Positions 1 to 7,529 of a stretch of DNA of 10,600 bases are shown here, in pieces. The notes beneath the pieces are model-generated. The model was not told the DNA's origin, made no database searches, and saw only the letters and a list, made by a program, of their open reading frames with translations. Made by a program: the position numbers and the translations under genes. Origin of the DNA: Paraspadella gotoi (taxonomy: Eukaryota; Animalia; Chaetognatha); assembly GCA_051294375.1 (NCBI GenBank), contig JBJCIZ010000642.1, positions 1 to 10,600 on the forward strand, written 5' to 3'. The stretch's first letter is position 1, and each line of letters opens with the position of its first letter.

Positions 1-20
1 TTTTTTTTTCAAAATAACCA

Positions 21-1280
21 ATGAAGATGATTCGGCTCATGATCGCGATATGCTGTTTCGCGCTCGCCGTCGCTCGTCCAGTCATCCCAGATGACTATTA
101 TTACTATGGTGGATATTACACCGAACCACCGGCCGTCACCGTTTCGACGTTGAGGATGACGCCGTCGGTTTCCACTCCGGCGTTTTGGAACAATTTTTTT
201 AGACGAGTATTCGAGTTGGCGCGGGCGAAAGCCGACGTCTCTCGGGGAACGACGATGATCGCTACGACGCTGTCGGTCGAGACGGTACCCACACCGACGA
301 CGACGACGACGACGAGTGCCGCGTCGGTGAGGAAGAGTGCCGCGCCGTCGATCGCGACTGCCGCGCCGACGACGAGCGTGATACCGTGGGCGCGGTCGTC
401 GAGCGCCGCGCCGACGACTAGTGCCGCGCCGACGACGACGGGTGCCACGCCGCCGACGACAACCGCGGTGCCATTAGCGCAGTCATCGAGTGCCGCTTCG
501 ACGACGACGATGACGACGACAATGCCGGCGATTCTCGCGGTGAATGGGACCGATCGAACGCCCGGAGCATCGTCGCCCGATGGAACCGAGGTAAAAAATA
601 TGCGGGTCTCGCGTCTTTAGGGCAATCGTTATATCCTAAAAAAATTTTCAGGCGTCGGTGGCAGATGGCGAAATCGAGGAAGGGTGGGGAAACGAACCCG
701 ATGATGATGACGAGGTAATCGATGCTAATCGCCAATTTTTCTCTTTCGTTCGAAATTGATCAGTTTTTAATTTTTTTACAGCTGGGCGATAATTCCTCCG
801 TTCACTTGGCGACCTATGCGGGACCTACGATCACTTGTCTGGTGGTCGTAGGTTTATTTTTAAACGTTGATTTGCTGTGTGAAGGGGTTGGCAGCGTCAT
901 GGTGGGAGACGCCCTTTTTAGACTCCTCCCCCTTCGAGAGAGTGTCTCGAGATGTCGACCTTACCGAGAATCAGCGGGGGAAGATCGATCGAGGCGAAAA
1001 CTCTTCCTGGACGCATTCGACGTCTCCCCGTGACACGAGAATCTCCCTACGTGGTCAGCCTTTGCGGCGTCATAATACGCTGCCAAAGTCTTTCGTTCAC
1101 CATCCTCAGGTTCACGCCCCCCTCGATGAGGGGGAAAACATTTACGGGGGTCTGGAAAGGGTGGGGGAGAGCGAGGAGGATCTCGCTAGTTGGGGAACGG
1201 ACTGGGGAGAGGATGAAGCGGACGAAGGGGATCGTTATTTAACTCCCGTCGCTTTCCCCACGTACGAAGCAGTTGATTAA
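21..1280 (+). CDS. Spliced type I transmembrane mucin-like glycoprotein, ~376 aa; exons 21-590, 652-714, 782-1280; one apparent +1 frameshift at ~862-864
   Basis: Signal peptide MKMIRLMIAICCFALAVA, then DDYYYYGGYY and a Thr/Ser/Pro/Ala-rich stalk with SAAPTT repeats. Two phase-0 GT-AG introns join in frame. Exon 2 encodes ASVADGEIEEGWGNEPDDDDE. Deleting one A from TTAAACG gives the TM segment YAGPTITCLVVVGLFLTLICC-VK, joined to the 867-1280 frame (tail with ENIYGGL, DRYLTPV, PTYEAVD*). The model unifies ORF-track entries 21..620, 722..1033 and 867..1280. Confidence 0.72.
591..651 (+). other. Intron 1 of the mucin-like gene (61 bp)
   Basis: GAG|GTAAAA donor and AAAATTTTCAG| acceptor; more AT-rich than the exons; contains the in-frame TAG at 618-620; phase 0. 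Confidence 0.75.
715..781 (+). other. Intron 2 of the mucin-like gene (67 bp)
   Basis: GAG|GTAATC donor, T-rich tract and TTTTTTTACAG| acceptor; phase 0; frame preserved. Confidence 0.75.
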
Positions 1281-1340
1281 TCTCTCTCTCTCTCTCTCTC
1301 TCTCTCGGTCCTGGTCTCGGTCTCTCTCTCTCTCTCTCTC
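1281..1340. repeat. (TC)n microsatellite, interrupted
   Basis: TC runs at 1281-1306 and 1321-1340 separated by GGTCCTGGTCTCGG, directly after the stop codon. Confidence 0.95.
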
Positions 1341-1585
1341 GTGTCTGGGTAATATATTTTAACTTTTTTTGGCACGAGTTTCGAACATTTTCCCCGTTTG
1401 AAACGATCAAAATTTGTAAAGAAGAAATTAAAATTTTAAAATTCGAAAAAAATGGCTATCAAAAAATATTATTTTGAAACAAGTGCGAATACAATGACGT
1501 TCGCGTAAGTAATAATAATATATTTAAAATTGAAAATAGATTTTTAAAAATATTTTGTTTATAACTTTAAAGATTATCCACTACG

Positions 1586-1801
1586 ATGATCGGGGAAGAT
1601 GGTCGAGCTCAGTCATCTGGACATGAGACGGAGATCATACTCATAATTTTAACCATATTGATTATTGTTTCTCTCGTTGTATTATTGATGTGTGCATGCA
1701 GAAATAAACTTCGCAGGTTAGTTTCTAGGTTATTTCCTGACGCCCATAACAATGTCGTAGTTAGTTTCGTTCCTTTGTTAGATGTAGAAACCTATGTTTG
1801 A
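1586..1801 (+). CDS. Small single-pass membrane protein, 71 aa
   Basis: ATG to TGA ORF with AATAAA just downstream. Short polar N-terminus, ~20-aa hydrophobic helix (IILIILTILIIVSLVVLLM), juxtamembrane CAC plus basic RNKLRR, and C-terminus ETYV. Confidence 0.6.
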   Translation: MIGEDGRAQSSGHETEIILIILTILIIVSLVVLLMCACRNKLRRLVSRLFPDAHNNVVVSFVPLLDVETYV

Positions 1802-1907
1802 ATAATAAAAAATATTTGCCAATGAATAGTTCTATTGATGTCAGTTAACTATTGAATAAGATAGCCGGGGGAACCCGCATATTCGTGAAAAAGTTTTTAT
1901 GTGGACG

Positions 1908-1933
1908 CTCTCTTTCTCTCTCTCTCTCTCTCT
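1908..1933. repeat. (CT)n microsatellite
   Basis: Direct reading of the sequence. Confidence 0.9.
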
Positions 1934-2082
1934 GTGTGACAGAAGGTAAACATTGCCTCTGGATAGAAGCTGTCAACTGTTTGACGAGTTTTGAAATATA
2001 AGGGCACCATGGCTTTAAGCCGTAAAAATGTAGGAACCTTGGTGGTTCCGATTGTTTGTTCCGTTGTAGGACGGAACAGACG

Positions 2083-2309
2083 NNNNNNNNNNNNNNNNNN
2101 NNNNNNNNNNNNNNNNNNNNNNNNNNNNNNNNNNNNNNNNNNNNNNNNNNNNNNNNNNNNNNNNNNNNNNNNNNNNNNNNNNNNNNNNNNNNNNNNNNNN
2201 NNNNNNNNNNNNNNNNNNNNNNNNNNNNNNNNNNNNNNNNNNNNNNNNNNNNNNNNNNNNNNNNNNNNNNNNNNNNNNNNNNNNNNNNNNNNNNNNNNNN
2301 NNNNNNNNN
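2083..2309. other. Assembly gap (227 N)
   Basis: Run of N; ORFs spanning it in the track are unreliable. Confidence 1.
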
Positions 2310-2311
2310 CC

Positions 2312-2620
2312 GACGATCGAGAGGAACACGTTGCCGATCCTCTCGCCCCCACGGAAGAAGAGATTCCGCCCGCGGATGGAAAAGCAGACGCCGAAGACCG
2401 ACCATCGGAGGACCGGGAAGACCGACCGCTGGATGACTGGGAAGACGAGGAAATCGTTACGCGTAAGGATCTTAAAAAAAAAATTAGTCTGTTAACAAAA
2501 GATGATGAGTATGAAAGCCTTTATTCGGTTTATTCTCAGAACAATGTAGATTTTATTTTAAGTTCATACCAAAAATCATTAGTAAGGTGGACAGCAGAAA
2601 ATTTCATACAGCCTCGCTAG
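2312..2620 (+). CDS. Fragment of an acidic protein of unknown function; 5' end lost in the gap, 3' end runs into the tandem array at ~2580
   Basis: About 90 open codons rich in D/E/P (DDREEHVADPLAPTEEEIPP...DDWEDEEIVTRKDLKKKISLL). A possible start is GCACCATGG at 2009, before the gap. Confidence 0.45.
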   Translation, partial: DDREEHVADPLAPTEEEIPPADGKADAEDRPSEDREDRPLDDWEDEEIVTRKDLKKKISLLTKDDEYESLYSVYSQNNVDFILSSYQKSLVRWTAENFIQPR

Positions 2621-3339
2621 CCCAGCTGTAACCACTACCTCTGAAGCCATAGTAAGGTGGACAGCAGTAAAATTTCAATAACAGCCTGCTACCCCAGCTT
2701 GTAACCACTACAATCTGAAGCGCATAGTTAGGTGGACAGCAGAAAATTTCATAACAGCCTCGCCTACCCAGCTGTAACCACTACACTCTGAAGCCTATAG
2801 TAAGGTGGACAGCAGAAAATTTCATACAGCCCTGCGCTACCCAGCCTGTAACCCACTACACTCTGAAGCCATAGTAAGGTTGGACAGCAGAAAATTTCAT
2901 CACAGCCTCCTACCCAGCTTGTAACCCACTAACTCTGAAGCCATTAGTAAGGTGGACAGCTAGAAAATTTCAATTCAGCCTCGCTACCCTCAGCTGTCAC
3001 CCCACTACACTCTGAAGCCATAGTAAGTGGACAGCAGAAAAATTTCCATCAGCCTCGCTACCCAGCTGTAACCACTACATCTGAAGCCATAGTAAGGTGG
3101 ACAGCAGAAAATTCTACAGCCTCGTACCCTCCCAGCCTGTAACCCACTACTACTCCTGAAGCCCAATAGTAAGGCTGACAGCAGAAAATAATCTTCTCAG
3201 CCTCAGCTCACCCAGCTGGTAACACCACTAACACGTGAAGCCAGATAACAGTAGTAGGTGGACAGCAGAAAAATTTCATACAAGCCTCGGCTACCCAGCT
3301 GTAACCCACTTACAATCTGAAGCCATAGTAAAGGTGGAC
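2580..3339. repeat. 70-bp tandem repeat array, ~10 full copies plus a partial copy
   Basis: Consensus AGTAAGGTGGACAGCAGAAAATTTCATACAGCCTCGCTACCCAGCTGTAACCACTACACTCTGAAGCCAT. Unit starts at about 2581, 2651, 2726, 2799, 2873, 2946, 3022, 3091, 3168, 3250 and 3327. Differences between copies are mostly 1-bp insertions. Confidence 0.95.
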
Positions 3340-3717
3340 TGCAGCGCGTCAAACCATCTCAGCGTCTTCCGCGCGGTAAAATATTTATGAATGGCTCCTT
3401 CTAGAGTTCGTATGAATCTTTCGCACATAAACGTTTTTAAGGGGCTTCTAGTATTATAATAATTTATTAAATTTTCTCTAAAATAATCTTTCAGACTTGT
3501 AAATTCTGTCCCAAAATCACTCGTTAAATTTCTAGGACTCTCCCCCGTCTCTTCGAATATGGAATCAAAAGCCGCCTTCATATTCTTCGTCGTCTTTCGA
3601 TGAATTGGCCGACATATAGCGCGACGAGAAAAAGAATCCACGCAGCAGAGAATAAAATAATATCCAGAGTTGAATTTGGATATTTCTATGAGAGAAACGA
3701 GATCCGCGTTCCAGGTA
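3339..3717 (-). pseudogene. Polinton/Maverick integrase (rve/DDE), catalytic-core half, 3'-truncated by the array
   Basis: Reads TWNADLVSLIEISKFNSGYYFILCCVDSFSRRAICRPI...LTSDFGTEF...CERFIRTL...WFDALQ. Catalytic D (3702-3704), D (3516-3518) and E (3420-3422) fit the Polinton integrase pattern WxADL..N.GY.YIL..ID.FS / D.G.EF / ERF.RTL. Confidence 0.9.
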
Positions 3718-4924
3718 CAGTAACTTTTTTCTTTACTCGATCAACACATGGAGGCGAGCGGATATCTCTCAAACTAGCAGTTGGAATCAGCTCAGCTGTG
3801 AGTAATGGATGCAGGAAGGTTAGTTTGTGTCCCCATTGGACTTTTAAATATACAAAAAAATTGCGCTCAGCACCCTAAAAATTTTTTTTACAATATTTGC
3901 TCTAGCGCAGTTATTAATGAAGCTAGCCCCATCATTTTTTGCTCATAAATACTCCTAGACGAGACCTACATAATGATGTAATAAATTTTTGAAATTAATT
4001 TAATTTTTTGTTTTAATAATTAATTTAATCAAAATAATATTCAAAAGTATTCTGAAAATATCCAAGTAATTGATTCCTTTTTATACAAAATGATACATTG
4101 AACAAGAGCAGTTTTAATAAGTAACAAATAAAATTTTAAAAAAATTAATTTTAAATACCAAAAATATTTTTCAAATATTAAAAAATATATTATAGTTCTA
4201 AAACTAATTAAAATATTTAAAAACTATAAAGGGTTTGAAAGCAGACATCATGCTGATTCCAAATCTATTTTTGTTTTTAAAATTTGATTTCTTGTTCTTG
4301 TTTTACAGTCTCTACATTTGTAAAAATTAAGAAAATCATCTCTTTCAAAACCTTATAAAAAAATGATTGGGTCCATGTATTGGAAAAAAAAATTTAAAAT
4401 TAACTTTGAAAATGTAATATCTACTTGCTATCAAAATTTTAAGTGAGAAGAATAAGATTTGCCAAAATATCAAGGGAAGAAGTGTCATTATTTATATTTT
4501 TTATGAAAAAAAGAATAACATTTTTTTTAATAGGCAATTGAAGCATTCTCTCATGACCGAAGCGGCTGAGGCAGAGGTTCTTCAAAAACTAGGATTTAGT
4601 AAGGATTTAATTTTTTTGCAATATTGAGGACAACCTCACAACATTTTCTTTTTCTTACTAACATTGCACAACCAAAGTCAAGAGTTCTTATGCAGACATA
4701 AAGAGTAGACCTTTCCATATATGAAAAGTTTTTAAATCAAAAAACGTTTGTGTAAAAGGTGCCCATATATCATATGAATTTTTTGAACATTTGTTTTCAA
4801 AAAAAAATTTACAGTAAATGCGGCCAACTCTGAAAAAAATGAAAAAAGGGTAAAAAATTTACTTTTTCATCAATATCTTTTAAAGATTGATTACTACAGG
4901 GACGAAACCCAATCTATCTTGTAG
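3718..4924 (+). repeat. Left terminal inverted repeat (~1.2 kb)
   Basis: Collinear reverse complement of 7530-8743 from the CAGT terminus to ...CCCAATCTATCTTGTAG; roughly 90% identical by eye. Confidence 0.93.
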
Positions 4925-5487
4925 AGCGGAAAAAATTGACTATGTTACATACCTCCCATTATAAATTAAGTTATTTTTTTTACCAAATAATTTTTTTTAA
5001 AACCTATTATTTTAGGCTATTTTTGATAAACTTTTAAAAAATGATATTTTTAACAATATTTGTGAAAGATTTAAAAAGAAAATTATGCTCCATTGAATAG
5101 AGAGATAATTGTCTTTGTTTTGCTAAAAGAATTTTTAAAAAAAGACTATAGGTTAAAAAGTTATAACTTTTTAATATTAAAAAAAATTACTTACCTTAAT
5201 AATTATTTTTATTTAATAGGTTTGAACTACGTTAAAAAGAAAAGGGGAATGCACTTTTCTTAGAGTAAATAAAAAATAGTACATTCTGATATCGTTTGCT
5301 CAAACTTGTTAATAATTTAATCACTTTTGTCAATTTTTCTTTTTATTTTATATAAAAATTTTTTTAAAAAATCTTAAAAGTAGTATTGATCGAGCCAGCC
5401 AGCTATTAAAGAAAATTAATGAAAACATCCGGGAAAAAAAAGATTAATATATGCGATTATGAATTATTGATATGGTAGGAATTGATT

Positions 5488-5849
5488 ATTGATGCGATGA
5501 TAACCAACTATTGACGCGATGATAAAAAAATATTGATGCGATGATAACCAAATATTGATGCTGAAGAAACAGTAATTATTGTTGTGTTAGTGACAGAACC
5601 GTTCAATATAAGCAGTTCCTGAGCGAACACCGTGTTACTGGCGGGTTAAGCGCCCCGTCGCTCTAAACTGCTAGGCGACCACAGGGCTAGAACCCCGGAC
5701 TTTTTGGTTAGGAGGCGAATGACTTGCCTCCGGCACCAATGGCCGCTGATGAACGGTTGGTGGATTTTAGTCCATAATGCGGTTATAACCAATAATTGAT
5801 GCGATGATAACCAAATGATTTATGTGATGATAACCAAATGATTGATGCG
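5488..5849 (+). repeat. 22-23-bp minisatellite (ATTGATGCGATGATAACCAAAT) in two clusters, 5488-5560 and ~5776-5849
   Basis: Unit starts at 5488, 5510, 5532, 5554, then 5795, 5818 and 5841; the clusters are separated by a GC-richer insert. Confidence 0.85.
5675..5746 (-). pseudogene. Degenerate tRNA (Arg-CCT-like) or tRNA-derived SINE head; the body probably extends to ~5600
   Basis: 72 nt. Acceptor stem GCGGCCA/TGGTCGC pairs fully (one G-U). A-box-like TGGTGCCGGAGG, anticodon-loop-like CT-CCT-AA and B-box-like GGTTCTAGCCC. D and anticodon stems are poor. Confidence 0.6.
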
Positions 5850-5949
5850 TTGTGAAAGAGTAAACGTCTGTGCATCTGTTCAAAACAAAAATAATTTAAA
5901 AAATTGGAAAAATTTTCTCGGAACGTGTTCTGTTCACAAAAAAGGGGTA

Positions 5950-6270
5950 CTGTGGTGATATATTCACACCGCCTCAGGTCCAGAATCGTTCAGCCAATAC
6001 CATTGTCTCAGAGGGGGAACACACCATCCCAGGCGTAGTGTTCCATCTACAGTCCTTACGACTTCCCTCTGCGTTGGCAAAGTGAGACCCTCCTAGGCTA
6101 ACCGTGCTAGTGACTGGATGCGTCACTGAGGATTGGAAACCCCCAAAGCCAACAGTGAAATGTCCCATCCCAATGTGCATCACAGGCAACCCGGCTGTTG
6201 CCATAGTACCTCATTTTATAATATGAAGCCTTCTGTAATCAATAAATTAATCAATCAAGTCAATCATTAT
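5950..6270 (+). mobile_element. Possible 3' fragment of a retroposon (LINE/SINE)
   Basis: GC-balanced island in AT-rich DNA ending in AATAAA followed by degenerate (AATC)n; no TSD or coding motif recognised. Confidence 0.3.
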
Positions 6271-6367
6271 CAGCATTATTATCATCGTCGTCGTGGTCAG
6301 TGACGAAAAAAAACAAAAAACAACTATTTTTTATGTCTGTGGATAAGACGCTTAGTGGGCTGAAGAT

Positions 6368-6887
6368 TAGAGTGGAGCACTGGGGAACATAAATTTTATT
6401 TGAGTGATCAACCAAGGATATTTAGACATGAGATAGTATGATTAAGGAGTACAAAAAAAAATTTGCTTATATTGTTTGGGGAACAGTATCATTAATTACA
6501 ATATATTTATAGTAATATTCTTATAAAATCATCAATTTTCAAAATTTTCAAAATTTTTATTAAAGGTTCTGATTCTTCATAAAAAGTTAGATCAAAAATT
6601 TCAATATCTTCAGCGTCAAAAATGGAAAAAAAAGGTTAAATTATCCACTTTTTTATACTTTATAGTAGAAACTATTATAATGATGAAACGTTTTGGTCAA
6701 TTTTCGCAGCTTTAACCTAAAAATATCATATAACATATTTTACAAAAGTTTTATAAGGATATTACTATAAAAAAATTCAATTAATGATACTGTTATGCAA
6801 TTTTTTTTTAAAAAGGGGTTAATTATTTTATAATAATATACAAAGGCAGCAAAAAAACATTGTTCCATCGCTCAGCACTCCACCCTA
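6368..6887. mobile_element. hAT-type MITE, 520 bp
   Basis: Inverted termini TAGAGTGGAG / TAGGGTGGAG; 8-bp flanking duplication CTGAAGAT (6360-6367) / CTGAAGAA (6888-6895); internal inverted repeat 6482-6528 vs 6749-6794. Confidence 0.75.
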
Positions 6888-7094
6888 CTGAAGAAGACTA
6901 TCCGTAAACTTCTATACCCCCTTTAATAGCTATGGAACTGGTCCTGGGCTTGGAACCAGGCTTGAGGGTTCTCCACACCCCGAAAGCGGCTTACGGCCGT
7001 CCTCACGCTTCCCGCAGGGTAGGTACCGGGTTGAGATTGAACCCGGTACCTAGTAGTCACGAGCTGCTGGCTTTACTCAATGAAGCACCGGGTC
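6888..7094 (-). mobile_element. tRNA-derived SINE-like element; its tail probably continues past the MITE to ~6325
   Basis: Minus strand GACCCGGTGCTTCATTGAGTAAAGC (A-box-like), AGCAG-CTCGTGA-CTACT (anticodon arm, CGT) and CCGGGTTCAATC (B-box), followed by a GC-rich body. Confidence 0.55.
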
Positions 7095-7425
7095 AGGACT
7101 GAAGGTGTCATGCTTATAGGCAGGGTGAACCTAGGCAATGCTCGACTACATGTCTCCTCTCTCTCTGTAAAGAATAGTTGTACGTTTACTGAATAGCTGT
7201 ATTGCACTGCATAGTCGTACTAGCGCTGCATACAGCGTCGTCAATATTTGTTTATTTGAGTTGTCTAGTTACTGAAACCTTCACTACCGTTTTTGAGGCG
7301 CCGTAAGACGATTCGACGTCACGAGTTTTTGAAACTAAAGATTAATTTGAGGAAAAACGTAAAAATCCCTAACTGCCCAAAATAGTTTGAACGCGCTCTC
7401 TTCGTGATTTGTCCGAAAACAATTT

Positions 7426-7450
7426 TTCTCTCTCTCTCTCTCTCTCTCTC
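7426..7450. repeat. (TC)n microsatellite
   Basis: Direct reading of the sequence. Confidence 0.9.
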
Positions 7451-7529
7451 CCTCTTTATGCAATTGCGACGATCCTTATGCTTTTAAGATTTTAAGAAAA
7501 GTGCATTCCATTGAGTGGGGCTACCCCTA

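Noticed and set aside
116-735. Minus-strand ORFs 116..448 and 418..735
   Set aside because: Antisense shadows of the ACG/TCG/GCG-rich mucin codons.
952-1410. ORFs 952..1242 (+) and 1186..1410 (-)
   Set aside because: Alternative frame of exon 3 and translation of the (TC)n microsatellite.
1845-2436. Several ORFs spanning 2083-2309
   Set aside because: They are open only because of the N gap.
2580-3339. CRISPR array, tRNA array or hammerhead array
   Set aside because: No unique spacers and no cas genes in a eukaryotic context. The minus strand has an A-box-like GTGTAGTGGTTA but no B box or cloverleaf, and there is no CTGANGA core.
3600-3878. Plus-strand 92-aa ORF
   Set aside because: Antisense to the integrase and runs across the transposon junction.
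6105-6175. Minimal hammerhead ribozyme (CTGAGGA-TTG-GAAAC)
   Set aside because: Core boxes are present, but I could not build convincing stems I and III with a correctly placed NUH.
5974-6204. Minus-strand 76-aa ORF
   Set aside because: No recognisable motif; lies in a probable repeat fragment.
6869-6887. CGCTCAGCAC shared between the MITE end and the long TIR (~3864-3873)
   Set aside because: Only 10 bp plus a nearby CCCTA; too short to claim a relationship.
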